A stretch of DNA of 64,000 bases, from the NCBI RefSeq assembly GCF_009834535.1, contig NC_045704.1, positions 51,646,001-51,710,000 on the forward strand. The letters run 5' to 3'. The stretch's first letter is position 1, and every line of letters begins with the position of its first letter. Below, piece after piece: positions 12,039 to 25,281 of this stretch. Source of the DNA: Camelus ferus (taxonomy: Eukaryota). Position numbers and translations under genes: made by a program. Below the pieces are notes generated by a model. It worked only from the letters and a program-made list of their open reading frames with translations. It had not been told where the DNA came from and did no database searches.

Positions 12039-13902
12039 TGAAATACTCTTTTTCACACACTTTCTTGACCCTGGAGGCCGTCAGCTACTCTGTGGTGTTA
12101 CGTATCTTTGGGTTTGCATGATTCTGTGCAAAAGAAGATGCCCACGTTAGACCTTAGTGATCTTCAGGTCTGAGCCATGGCATTTGAGATGCTATTCTTG
12201 ACATCATCATTTAGTTTTCAACCCTTCCAGGGACTGGGACACTCACTGCCAATGAGACAGTCTCTCCTGTACGTCAGTTTCTTCATTAAATAGCTATTTC
12301 TCTGCTTCATAAAATACAGTGGGTCTATCTTTAGCTTTTGATCATTCAACTGTGAATTCCATGAGGTCAGGAGCCAATCTGTTCTTTTTAAGAGTTAGCA
12401 ATGATTGTTCTTTCCTCGTTTTACATGCACCATGCCAAGTGCACTGCATGCATGTTATGTCACTTCATCTTCATAAAGACCTTTTCCTAATACTATACTC
12501 ATGTAAAAGCTGAGGAAACTGAGACCTAAAGAATTAGACTAATATTCCCAGGCTTGGTAGGTTCCCCTGTCGTACACTCTTATATAACTCCATGTCTTCT
12601 CTGTAGAACTTATCTCGTGTGTAATGAATGAATCATTTGTACCTGGACTCAGCCTCCCTAGATTCACATCCTGGCCCAGCTACTCTCTGGCTATATGACT
12701 CTGGGCATATGCTTTGCTCTCTCTTCACCTCAGTTTAAATGTCTGTAAAATCTATGATCATTTATCTGTAACATGGGGCTCTTATGGAACCCATCTCATA
12801 GGAGGCTTTGGCTGCTATTTGTTGAGTGTGGGTAAAAGAGAAATGCTAAACTAGAAAGAAAATAAAACAGTAGAATCAATTATAAAAGTATACATAAACC
12901 AACACATACATAGATGAAAGCCATTAATGTATTGAGAATTCACTGTGATCACAGCAATTTGAATATTGCTCTTGAAAGTCACAGTACAAGCAGCTAACAT
13001 CAAATAGCAGAGTGGTTCAATTTAACTAGCACTTGGCAGCTCATGTAAGCTATTAACATTAGTTTAGTTTGTATTTCCTTTGAATAATGATATGCTATGA
13101 AAAAACTTAGCATATGATTATAACCACTTTAAAGGGAAGACTGCTCTTTTTCTTTTTTTTTTTTTTTTTTTGCATGGTGTCTGGCTACGTAAACCACTGA
13201 TAAAAAGAACACAGTATTCAGCCATGCCTCATCTAATCAGGAGGTAAAATATGTGACGCCCTTAGGACAATGCCTCCATATAATATGTGTGCAGTAAATG
13301 TTAGCTGCTGTTCCTCATGCCTGGTGGCATTCTCCTATTTCACTCTAAGCCTCGCTGCTCTTGTTCAGTCCCCTGCACTTAGATTTACATGGCTTCTCTG
13401 GTGAACCACGTTTCACAACCAATGCAATTGGTAATCCAGTGTTAACCTTTGAGGCAAATACCACAGTGAACTAGTGTGGCAGGGAATTTATATGAGGAGG
13501 TACAAAACAAAGGAGGTAGATTTTACTCCTAGCCCTGTCCCTTTGACCTTCCAAGTTCCAAAACAGGGACATTCAATGAAAGGTTGAATCAGTAATATGA
13601 CCTTCCGACAATAACATTCCACAGTGTGTGAAGTGATGCATGTTGTGTATTTATGCTCAAGAAGAGGAGGAGAGAACCTGGCTTCCATGGCTGCTGGGAA
13701 GTTTCCACTGATGGGCTTCAGAGCATCCACAGATGCCTTGAAATTGGGAGGCAGGGGATGGTGTGCATATTTGAGGATTTTGTGGGAATTTTTATCCCCT
13801 GGGAAGGAATCTATTATTTTTATCAGATCCTTAAGAGTATTTGAGAAATGTCTCAAAGAAGATTAAGAAAACTCCAGTAACCACGTGCTTCCCTATGTCC
13901 AG

Positions 13903-14118
13903 ATTGGGGACCGTGTCATGGCATTTGTCAACTACAATGCCTGGGCCGAGGTGGTCTGCACACCAGTGGAATTTGTCTACAAGATCCCAGATGACATGAG
14001 CTTCTCCGAGGCTGCTGCATTCCCCATGAACTTCGTCACGGCCTACATGATGCTCTTTGAAGTCGCCAACCTCCGAGAAGGGATGTCTGTGCTCGTACAT
14101 TCGGCTGGCGGTGGTGTG
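13903..14118 (+). CDS. VAT1L: VAT1L coding exon (exon 3 equivalent, 216 bp)
   Basis: Acceptor gtccag ends 13902 and donor GTG|gtaagt starts 14119. Phase 0/0. Encodes IGDRVMAFVNYNAWAEVVCTPVEFVYKIPDDMSFSEAAAFPMNFVTAYMMLFEVANLREGMSVLVHSAGGGV, ending in the glycine-rich nucleotide-binding loop. Confidence 0.97.
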
Positions 14119-15084
14119 GTAAGTGGGCTGCTTGGAAGTCCTCCTCCCCAAGGTCAGCATGGGGGAAAGTGGAATGACACCCAGGTGATAGTGAGATTCC
14201 TGTATGAACTATGTCCATGAGGGTTGATCTCTACGGTTCTGGTGAAGCTCACACAGATGGCAGAGTTCATACAGATGATTGCGTTGGGGGTACGGTGATG
14301 GAGTCTCTGGAGTTTGGAAAGGTCTCCAAGATGGCATGTTAGGACTGTGTGTGTCTCAGAGATGGTTTCTGTAGAGAAGCATTCTCAGTCTTGGTGTCAC
14401 AATGAACTGTTATGTCAATCATTGAGATGTCTCATAAGGCGTGTACTCCTATTACCCAAAATACCAAAATGGTGGATGATTTATTTTTCAATAAGTTGTC
14501 ACGAATTCATGATAGTTCCCATAGTAATGACACCCTTATTCGTGTTCTGATATATTTTTCTTGAGTGGGACAGAGGTAGATGGAGATTGTACTAGCACAG
14601 TGGGAACTACACTTTAACCGAAGTACACTCATGAGAGCGGTTGCATATGCGAGTGTCATCTGTAAGGTGTTTCTTTGACAAGGGGGAAATAATAGAAATT
14701 AAAATTGCTGCTCTAGAGTTCAGGGACAGCAGAGATTTCTTCGGTGACTTGGATGAGTCTCGGCACCAGTCACTCATACAAATTGCACACCTGTCCCATG
14801 GCAAGCACTCCATCCCCATCATGGTCCACTGGGGCTGGAGTAGAACTCTAATCTTTGAGAGTGAGAGATATTACTTATTAATTCAACAGTTATATATTGA
14901 ATATATACTACGTCTCAGACTCTACGGGGATAGAGAGTAAAAAGAGAAGGTCCAGATACACCAGCTAGTAGGGCGTGAGAGGTTCTTGGCGTTGGTGATT
15001 CTGTGGTTTGATGAACTCAGAGGTGAGCTCTGAGGTTGGGTATTTCTTGAAGATGTTTTCCCTGGAGGGTCTGCTCACACTGAG

Positions 15085-15108
15085 TTTTTTTTTTTTTTTT
15101 TTTTTTTT
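15085..15108. repeat. Poly(T)24 tract
   Basis: 24 consecutive T. Confidence 0.95.
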
Positions 15109-16584
15109 CCCGTCTTGGCTTTCTACAGTGATCACCTCCCTATGTAGCATAAAGCACATTTCTGGTTTTCCTTTCCAAGAAGACAAACTCCAATAGACAA
15201 ATGTGAAGGCAAAAACACGAAACTTAAGTGATGCCTTAAGAGGAGTATCTTCAATCACTTTAGCAAATTTGCCAATGTCCTTTGACCATGAGTAAAGATA
15301 TAATAAAAGCTAAACACCCCTTAGAAAAGAAACGGATTTCAGTGCCAGTGAATCTACTGACAGCAAGCAGGCCATTAAGAATGCTGGCATTTATGAGCTT
15401 GGTGTGCTTCGCATACAAAGCATTAGAGACTTGTTTCATATTATCAACATAAGCGCCAGACTTTACAGCGGTACTTAACTCAGTTCTGCCGAGAGTCTGT
15501 GTTTAAACATTGGCACTGACGACATTTCATTTCATGTTTTGATTTTTTTTTTTTCATTTGAGTTTGTTCTTGGAACAAAGAGAAATGTATCAGGGACCTG
15601 TGTCTCACAAGAAGGAAAAAAGTCTTGGGAAATAGCAAAAGTTCTTACCACGCCTTATTCTGGGCTTACAAACAATACGACAATAGTAACTAAAATGTGA
15701 AACAGACAAAGGAACTGGGGAAAAGGGACAATAAGGGTAGTTAAAGATGTTGGTGCATATAATGCAGGCTGTGATGTCCTAAAGCTTCACTCAAGAATCT
15801 TGATTCCTAAGAGTGAGTTGTGCAAAGAGAGAAAAACAATCAGCCACGTGAGCTTGTGTTCATTTGATGGAAATAAACCAGTTACTAGGGAAACCATGAC
15901 TAGTACTGGGTTTTCAGACCAGAGGAATATTTCTCTGTGGTTTCACATAAGAAATGTATACTGACATGCAATGAAAATCCATCAACAAAATGGTTATAAT
16001 AAATGTAACTACTTCTGTGATGCTTTTTCTTACGGTATGCTCCTCATGTAGTCTAGTAGCACCAAAGAAAACCAAAATTTAGTGACAGCAAATATTCTGG
16101 GGCCAAAGGATGTGGTCTGGCTTAATCCATGAACAGTTTAAGGTGCGGTTAGACTGCCCAGCTCTCAGGGGAGTGGGTCCCCTTCAATAGTGTTTTTCCC
16201 AACCAAGATTTGATAGGTAGTGATGTCCAGCACTGAGTTCAAGGTTACTGTTAGAGGAAAGAATTGTGGCCAAGTGCATATCCATGTGTGTGAACACTCA
16301 ACCAAGCTGGAGTGGAGTTGACACTGTCTTACAAAAACCAAGAAGTTCTAAGGAGAGCACAGACCATCTCACCACCCCACAGTGGGAAGACCAGCAAGTC
16401 ACCCCCAGGGAGGACAAAGAACTAGATTCTTCCCAAGAAGACAACTCACCACTGCGCTCATGGAGGGAGCTCCCCGGGGAGTATTGTTTTTATGCATTAT
16501 CTGTGACACCCTGGAGAGGAACGGAGGTGCTTCCCATCCCTGTTGGACAGAGCTGGTCAGTGCAGCCACTGACTGCATGGCTGC

Positions 16585-17054
16585 TGCCACAGGCAGGACA
16601 GTGCCCCCCACCCCCGCCCAAACATCCATGTCCTATTCTCTTACACGGCAAATGGAATTGGGGCAGATGTGATTCAGGAAAGGACCTTGAGATGGAGGGA
16701 CCCTCCAGGCTTATCTGGGTGGGTTCAGTGTACTCACAAGGGTCCTGAAAGACGGAAGAGGTAGAAGGGGATTTAAAGATGAGACACTGCTGGCTTTGAC
16801 AATGGAGGAAGAGACCCTGAGCTGAGGGATATGGGAAGTCTCTAGATGCTGAAAGAGACAAGGAAATGGATTCTCCCCTAGAGCTTCCAGAAGGAATGCA
16901 GTCCTGCTAAAACCCAGATTTTGGCCTAGTGAAACCCATTTCGGCCTTCTGATCTCCAGCCCTGTAATCTAATCAGTTGTTATTGGTTTGGTTTGTTTGT
17001 TTTTAGCCACTGACTTGGTGGTAATTTATCACAGCACAACAGGGAATGAATACA
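16585..17054 (+). mobile_element. MaLR solo LTR, MLT1D-like
   Basis: ggcagatgtgatt...gacactgctggctttga...ggaaatggattctcccctagagcttccagaaggaatgcag...gaatgaataca. Confidence 0.85.
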
Positions 17055-20000
17055 GCCTCTTTCTCTGGGCTGCCTCCCTTGTCACTGGGGAGAGACCACA
17101 GAGACTTGAAGAAAACCCAAGCAGCAAGTAGTGGAACTAGGACTCCTACCCTAATCTGGCTGATTCTAATCCTGTTCTGTTTCCACTTGACAACCCAGAA
17201 TATTGAGAGGACCCAAATCCTTCCTTCTTTCATTTATTCATTCAGTTAACAAATACTTGTTCAACTTCTACCCAGTGCTAACTATAGATATTTCAAAGAG
17301 CCAGAAGACTGGGCCTGGGGACATGTTTCCTAATTTGATGATACTGAGATGATAGAGAAGGTTTAACCTAATTAGGATAAAGTTTCCTAAAGTGAGTTGA
17401 TATAAAATGTGCAGTTCTAACAGCACTAAGACTTCTGTCTGATTTTTATCAAAGGCTGTGATGGGGAGTTTGCTGACAGAAAGTGAGACATGCCAGCCTA
17501 CACTGTAATTTGGAAGGACACTTTAATACAGTGTAGGAAAATAATTCGATCCAGAGCAAGTCACTTTGTCATTAGAGTGGCCCAAGTATCTACACTGTTC
17601 TGTCGCATCTTTGAAGGTGTTGATTTCCTCCAAAACCAGATGGTCTAAGAAGATAACGCCCCTAATCAAATCTTTAGAACCTGGTTGAAAATGGGCTTAC
17701 AATACCTCAAAGGAAAAGTAACAAAATAAGCCACCAAGTGGGGTTCATGTTAGGAACTTCAAGAGAGAATTTTGCTGCCAATCCCATACACAAGCTGCCA
17801 TGACTTTGAGCATCTCAGTTGAGGATGTGCTCAACTTCAGGACAGTAACTCAACTGTTACTGTCTGCTTATTTTCTTCTACCTCTGCCATTTGATGCTTT
17901 CTGGTTTTTAAAGTCCTTTTACCTTTTTCATCATCTCATCGGAAAAGACTGAAGAGCAGCCTGAGACGGGCCACAGATCTTGGAAAGGAAAGCAGAACTT
18001 AGCTTTCAGACAGTTAAATTCGTAGAAATTCTGTTGATTCTGGATGGGGAATTGCCCAGTGTCATTCAAATCACTTCAAAGGAGAAAGCACAGAAGGGCG
18101 GGCCAGAAAATATAGGCGAGGCATTATGAGCTCCCCACCTGTATATGAGGGCTCATGTGCTGGGGGTCCTCCCTGAAAGACCGATCAGCCGTACATCATT
18201 CTAACATGAGACTGTGAGAGCACAGGGGGAGTAGGAATCCCCAGTGTGGTGGAGGGTTTGGACATACTGGATAGTCATTCCATTTCAGCAGAAAAGACAT
18301 GACCATCTGCAAAATCACTATAGAATATTTTGTTGAAAACAAAACCACTGTTGATCACGAAAGGCACCAACATCTACCCAGCAATCCCCAAATCGTGGTT
18401 AACTCTTCTTCAACATGCCACAAGTTTGAAATCCTGTGATGCGTTCCTGCCACATAACAAGCTCAGTAAACGTCTGAGCATCGAAAAGCCATCGCCAGCC
18501 ATTTTCCTATGTTCTAGGAAAGTTATTTCCTGAGCTAAGGAGGACCCTGTCATTTCGTTAATCTCAGGGAAAAAAAAAAAACAAAACACCATGCCTAGTG
18601 ATCTTGTAAATTTCCATCTAGTAAGCAATCTTTGGCACTCTAGCTCACCCCATCCCTCATTCTGAATATTGTTCCCAGATTTTTCTGTCTGCATCCGGCA
18701 TGCATTATTAATTGAACGAGGCCCCCTTTTCGAGACCATGTGTCTGCCTCACCTGTCCCCAACTCCATCATCCCACAGTCCAGCTATGCTCAGTCCATAT
18801 CCTTCAGCACCCCAACCAGCAGGACCATGTGTGAGATCTCAGAACGGGAAGAAAACAGACACCAACTTGTACTGCACACTATCACACTGGCTGTGTACTG
18901 GACTCTGAACACTTAGTTCATCTAGCCCTCAGAACCACCCTCCCCACTGGGTAGTACGTGGCAGTAGAGGGTTCAGATGGTGAGCCCTAGAGCCAGACTC
19001 CCTGGGCAATCCCAGCTCTGCCTTCCCAACCTCTCTAAGACTCCCTTTGTACAGTGATACTAGGGCCAGCCTCAGGTGGCACTTGTGAACTTGAGCAGTG
19101 CTTGCACATGATCAACACCCAGTGAAATGCAGCTATTATAATTTCCCAGACTCAGAGTTTCTTTGTTGTTTCCAAAGCTGCAAAATAAATTAGTCAGAAG
19201 GATCAAATCTGAACTCCAAATCTGGGACCAGGAACTCTCAATCCAGTGCTCTTGGCACTGCCCCACTGCAGTGGCCTCAGGAACGTCTGCCCCTCCCCTC
19301 CAGTCTTCTGCCTGCCCCACCCTGTGCCCTGGATAAGCGGGTCTTCACTGTGGCAAGACCGCCTGGCCCCCAGGGGCTTACAACAATAGGAAGCAGAACC
19401 TCTGAAAATTTAAAGAGAACAAAGTGCCCCTGTCATATCCTTCATGAATAATCAAAGGGATGAGGATTAACTGCAGCTTGGCATCAGCAGGATGGACTGT
19501 GGCCTGGGGACCCACTGGAATGATTCACACCCTCATTCTGTAACTGCTGACCCTGAGAATCAGGTCCTCACCCTCCTAAATGTCAAAGATGCTGCAGAGA
19601 CGGGTCATGGAGCAAAGTCCCACCTCCCTGCTTCCAGAAGCCAGTGATGCTGGCAGCCAGTGCCTGGGCTCCTCACAAGTTAGCAGTAGGCCGTAGGTTA
19701 AGAAAAGATGTATCAAAAAACATTTCTTCCAAGCTAGGTCATGTCTGCAAAAGCCTCACTTGATCTTTACTCTAGTTGCTTTTAACTCCTTTACAGTAAA
19801 TCATGATTGATCCAAAGAAACTATCTGTATTATAAATATTATAAAGGTTAAATCTGGCCTCTGAGACAGGATTCATCCATTCAATATTAGTTGACTATAT
19901 ATATATATGTATCAGTTCATGAGGGAATACTGGAGATTGAGTCCAGTAATTTCCATATACTATCTGTGAGGTAGATACTATTACATCTCTATTTTAACAG

Positions 20001-20559
20001 AGGAAGCTGAGACATGTGTTACTTTCCCTCTCTGTGAGACAGAGAGGGAAAGTAACTTGCTTCAAGACACACAGCTATGAAGAAGAAGAGCTGGCCTGTC
20101 AACTTGGATCTCTTTGAACATAGCACCCATGATTTTAAGAACTGGGAGGCTGTGCTGAGAGAAGATTTTCTTCTGCTTAGAATGAGCTGGAATGGATTCC
20201 ACTTCAAGGGTTGGCTGGTGGACTTCCTTCCCCAGGAGCTGAGGACAACCCAGGGTTGCCCAGGAGAGCTGAGGTATCTTCAGGAGGAGGGGAGCATCTT
20301 CTATTGACATGACCAACCTTTCAAAGAGTCAGGCAGATTTAGTGCTGGAGCGTCCCTTGACGTTAACTATCAAGCTGGAAATAAGCCCCAGGCTGCCACG
20401 TCTGTGAAGGCAGGGATGGTGCGATCTTGACATCCCTGTATTCTTAACACGGAGCCCAGTGCCCAGCATATGGGGTTGCTTGATAAGTATTTATAGAGGG
20501 AATGAAGGTAGGGGCCAAAGGCAGTATTTAAGTTCTTTTCGGATACTATATGGAACTTA

Positions 20560-20790
20560 AGGGCCCAGATTCTAAAGTCTGAGCTGGTTCTCGTCCTAGC
20601 TTCTCTGGCTTCCAGGTAAGACACCTTGAACAAGTACTTTAACTTCCTTGGACCTTGTTTCTTCATCTGTAAAAATGGGTATCATACCTGTCTCATAGTT
20701 TCTGTATGGCACTTTAAAAGAGGACTATGTAATGGGCTTAGCATGCTGGCTGGCATATAGAAAACTCAAGTGTCAGCTGCTATTATTACT
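20560..20790 (+). mobile_element. MIR SINE
   Basis: accttgaacaagtactttaacttcc...tttcttcatctgtaaaaatggg...atagaaaactcaagtgtcagctgctattatt. Confidence 0.8.
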
Positions 20791-21624
20791 ATTCCTGTTA
20801 TCACCATGTTATTATTATCACCATGTTATTATTATCACTATCTGGCTAGAAAAATATTACTCAGTGCTACTCTGGCACTTACAGTCAGAAGGAAGAGAGC
20901 AGCAAATGGGACAGTCAACTGGCAGCTGGTTGCTGAAACTTGGAGCAAGGAGCAGATAAAGCCTATCTCAGCATCCTTTGTTTATCTTCCCTGACAGGTG
21001 GCTGCACAGTGGTCTCATGAATTAGTGGGGTTGTCATACAAGCCCCTTGTCAAACATCACTTTACTCTAACACGTAAGACATAATTAGACTTTAAGAAAA
21101 ATTTATCCATAGTTCTAGCCCTTGGACACACGCCAAGAACTCCAAACACTCTGACTAGTCTTCGCCAAGTTTATATAACCCCAGGGACCCATCCACTTCC
21201 CCAGCGACAAACTTGAAAAGCCACAGTTGCTTTTCAGAATATTATTGACCATATTAAGATGAAAAATTAGTTCATCTAGGGAAGAGTGAGATGTGTAGCA
21301 AGAAGCAGCCTCGTCTGTTCTCATGGATGCCCACCAGGCTGTCAGCCGTGGTCCTGGCTACTCCACCCCCAAGGCTGGTCATTGGTCACTCTGATCATGA
21401 CCATCCTGCAGCTCACTCCCTGAGAAACTCAACAGGATCCCTCATCCATCCCGTTGGAAATGCGCTCAGGCTTCTCAACTGTATGCCTGGATACAGTGAT
21501 GAAATTTGAACCCCACCTTTCCTCACACAAGCTGGAGTCCTTCTCCCACCCCACCCCTCATTCTTCCCACCAGCTCCCACCAAACTTAGTCATAAATTCC
21601 CTCCCTCCCCACCCCAGCCCATCT

Positions 21625-21856
21625 GTGTCTCATCTCTCTTTTCCTGGCTCTCTTTCTATCTCTTTGTCTATCTGTTTGTTTCTCTGTGTGTATCTCTATT
21701 TCTTGCTTCTTTCTTTCTCTTTCTCTTTGTTTCTGTCCCTTTTCTTCCTTCTCTCTTTCGTTCTTTCCTTCCTTCCTTTTCTTTTTTCTCTTTCCTTCCT
21801 TCCTTCCTTCTTCCTTCCTTCCTTTCTCTTTTTCTCCCTCTCCCTCCCTGTTCCTT
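21625..21856. repeat. CT-rich low-complexity tract with (CCTT)n core
   Basis: Near-pure pyrimidine run, e.g. tttccttccttccttccttcttccttccttcc. Confidence 0.92.
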
Positions 21857-21899
21857 CATCTGGTATAAGCCCTGGGGATAGATAACTGTGTTACTCTGG

Positions 21900-22460
21900 G
21901 TATTTCAGAGTGAGCAACTTAGGCCTGAGCCCACCATCCTGAAGCCTGCAGTCTCGTGGATATAATACACATTTCCCAGAGACACATGAACCATCCATGG
22001 CAGTGGTGATAGGTACTACGGGGAGGAACAAAAGGTCTGTGACTGTTGAACACGGGACCTAAGCACCTGGTCTAGGGGATCAGAGAAGACTGTGCTTAGG
22101 AACTAAACTGGTTTTTAAGGATGAGGACGAGATGCAGAGGTGAAAAGAGTACAGGGAGGAGGGATAGGAGTTTATAAGGGGCAAAAATGTTGGAATCTGG
22201 GTATGTCCAAGAAACTGACCAGAGTGTGGCAAGAGAGGAGAACAGAGAAAGAAGGGACAGGGAGTGACTGGCAGATAAATGATCACATGGCAGCCGTGTT
22301 GACAGTTTTATCCTTACCCTTATCCTAAAAGCCATGGGACTCATAAGAGTGTTTTGAGCAGAGATTGAACTCATGGTTGACATTTTTAAAAGATCCTGTG
22401 TTGCTGGAGGGTGAAAGGTTGGAGTGGGTCATTGTGGAAGGCAGGTGATTGAGAGGTGGC
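21900..22460 (-). mobile_element. L2 LINE fragments
   Basis: ctgaagcctgcagtctcgtgg...aaagccatgggactcataagagtgttttgagcag...ttttaaaagatcc is a typical antisense L2 body. Confidence 0.6.
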
Positions 22461-22884
22461 TGCTTTCCAGACTGTCCTTCAACTTCTCTCATTAGAGGAA
22501 TTAGAGGAAGGGCTGTACCCAGAGATTCAGGCTTCCAGGACTCTATCCTTCAGTCTGCCAGCATCACCGTGTAACCCTGGACAAGCCCTTTCGCATCTTG
22601 TGCCTCCTGTTTTTCTGTAAAGTGGGTAGATCCAATTTTGCATCTGTGAAATAAGGTAGACCAGATGTTTCTCATGTAAAATGAGCTGGACTCAGTCATT
22701 CTTCAGTAAAATGAAACAGACCACATGGTTTCTAAGGCCCTGTCCACCCTCACTGGCAATCCTGCCTTTTCCTGTGATGCTGCCAGTCTTCACCTCTCAG
22801 GTGAAAACTTCCTCGCCTGTCACCCTCCTCACCAGCACCAGCTCCCCTAACTCCTCGCTCCCACCATGATCCCCTTCTTTCAGT

Positions 22885-23110
22885 TCTTAGAGTCAGAGAA
22901 ACAGTTAACTGTTGTTAGGCGCTCAGTCTTTGGAAGAGACTTCCTGAGTCTGAATACCGATTTCCATGACTCATTACTCAGCTGTGCTTTAGTTTCCTCC
23001 CGTATAGGGCAGTCATCATACTTACCTCGTGGTATTTGGGAGGCCTGAATGAACCGATGTGTGTAAAACATTTAAACAATGCCTCAACCTAGTAAGTACT
23101 TTAAAATGTT
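22885..23110 (+). mobile_element. MIR SINE
   Basis: ctcattactcagctgtgctttagtttcctcccgtatagggc...tgtgtaaaacatttaaacaatgcctcaacctagtaagtac. Confidence 0.75.
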
Positions 23111-23122
23111 ACCTAATAAACC

Positions 23123-23563
23123 TGTAGTGGATGCTGGGGTCTGCCAGCTAGAATACCCTTTAGGACTGAGGTACTCATTTCCCCTAGCTGCCAGGAGCAT
23201 TGGCTACTGATGACTCCTGCCTGTATCCCTCTCCAGTCACTGCCCTCACGGCAAGGGAGCTGCCTCACTCAAGGTTGCTGCCCCTTGCTGGGGAGGCCCA
23301 CATCTAATTACTGTTGGGTGCAGGAACCCAAGAAGCCCAGTCCCCTTGCCTCCATGGAAATGACTCTGAAGCCCAGCTTTGGAACTCCTTGTAGGACTGG
23401 TTAAAACATCGCTTCCAGCTGCACCCCAGCTCAGTTTTTCAGTCTGCCCAATCCTGCTTCCCTCCCTCCTTTGCAGGTGCTGTTTCCAAGAGTCCTACCT
23501 ATTAAACACCCTGCATGCAGGTCTCCACTCAGAGTCCTTTTCCAGAGAATCTGGCCTACAACA
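23123..23563 (+). mobile_element. ERVL solo LTR, LTR16C-like
   Basis: Starts tgtagtggatgctgggg and contains gggagctgcctcactcaagg, ctgcccaatcctgcttccc and attaaacaccctgcatgc. Ends cctacaaca. Confidence 0.8.
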
Positions 23564-24154
23564 ATTATTGTGATGTCCATTATGATTGTTGGTGTCCTGT
23601 CTGTAGCCCATGGAAACCTGCTTGCCTGCCTGGCCCATTGGGTGAATTCCCAATGACAGCCTTCATTTAGACCTTGTTTCGCAGCCCTGTGCCCACTGAG
23701 CTCAGGAAGCTTATCTTCTTCTTTCTGAGAATCCTTCCTGCTGTCTAGAACCCCAAAGAAGCTAATAAATGCTAGTGGGTTGAATAAGTGGGTAGACAAG
23801 GGAGCTGGTGAACACTTGTTTCTTCCTAAACCATTTGGGCTCCTCTTGATATTAATAAGCCCAAGATACATGCCAGCCAAAACATCACAATAACTTCACA
23901 ATATGGCCCTGAGCTGGGTCAAATGGGCCCTGGGCTTTTAGTCTCCTGTGGTAGGATTTGCTGGCAGTATCAAGAAGAGAGAAGTAAAGTTATTCTGGGC
24001 TCAGCTTAAAGAAGAGAAGCTCAAATAAAAGATGAAAGGTTTATTTCTCTTTATTTGGGCCAGCTAGTTAACCTCTCGGGATCATGGTTTCTTCATCTTC
24101 ATAATGAGGATGAAAATGTTGAGAGGAGTATTCAGTGAGTTAATTCATAGAAAG

Positions 24155-24331
24155 CAGTGATTTCCAAAGTGTGGACCACTAGCATCACCTGAGAACTGTT
24201 AGAAATGCAAGTTTTTGGCTCCCACCCTAGACCTACTTTGAAATTAGAAATTCTCAGATGGGGGTCAGGAGTCTGTGTTTTAACAAGTCCACCGGGAGGC
24301 TCAAATCCATGGTTAAGTTTGCGATGCAGTG
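24155..24331. mobile_element. MER5A hAT-Charlie MITE
   Basis: cagtgatttccaaagtgtggacc...agcatcacctgagaactgttagaaatgcaa...tctgtgttttaacaagtcc. Confidence 0.85.
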
Positions 24332-25281
24332 ATACAGAGAACATATACTCAGAAGAAGTTCACTAGGAATTAGATAGCACTGTCATTGCATGATTGTGCT
24401 TTGGAATGGGTAATACACGTGAAATCTAACACATTGAGGACTGTATTAGTATTCATTTCAATCCATGGTATTAGGATATGCTAGTTTATGTTCATTACGG
24501 CACAGAGGTCTAGAGTCGTTGAAGTCCGACCAACCTGTATATGCATCCCAGCTTCAACTTACTGGATGATCTCAATCTCTCTAAGTCTCAATTTCCTTGT
24601 GTGTAAAACTGGCCTAATAGCACCACCCTCCTAAGATGGTTGTGCAGTTAACAAGCTAACAGAATCCTTAGTATAATGCCAGCTCCAAGTGAGAGTGCAG
24701 TAAATGGTACCTGTGATTATGTCCAAATCATGCCCTACCTCAGAGAGAAGAGGTAATGGAATAATTACCTTGTACACATGTTAGTGTTTACTGATAAAAG
24801 CAGACATGCAACCCAGCTTATTGTGTGGTGAGGAAGGTGAGCAGGAAAGTCCTCATAAAGTGGTACCCATCTGTGTCACACTGGATAGAACGATCTTCAA
24901 AATCTCACATCCGCAGACTCTTCCATTTTTGAGCTTTTCTGATGCCCAGCCTCTCTGGTTGCTTGCCCAGCTGGCTGGTGGAAGGGCTGACTAACTGATG
25001 GAGGAGGAAGTTCGCAGTGAGAGAATGTCAGTAACACACTTCCGTGTACAATGACAAGAAAAACCAAAGCAGAAGGAACAGGTGGACAGTGAGGATGCTT
25101 TTGGTGCTCCTCGCTTTGATTTCTTATTCTGTGTCCATAAAATCTGTCTGTCATTTATGTCCTGTTTCTCAGCCCGAAGCAGGCATTCAGTTTTGCGTGC
25201 CGGCAGAAAATGCATGGACAGGAAGTTCTGACCAGATGCACAGCCACTTAGGAAAGAATACATTTACTCGGGTGGGAGTAG

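Noticed and set aside
14119-14220. ORF read-through past the exon 3 donor
   Set aside because: There is a consensus GTAAGT donor, and VAT1L similarity stops exactly there.
16266-16748. 160-aa ORF
   Set aside because: It starts at GTG, has no recognisable domain, and its 3' part is MLT1 LTR.
17497-17537. 11-bp perfect inverted repeat cctacactgta/tacagtgtagg with a 19-nt loop
   Set aside because: The stem is too short for a pre-miRNA, and about 0.3 such repeats are expected by chance in 64 kb (hand estimate).
21454-21885. Hydrophobic L/F/S-rich and basic K/R/E-rich ORFs
   Set aside because: These are translation artefacts of the CT-rich microsatellite.
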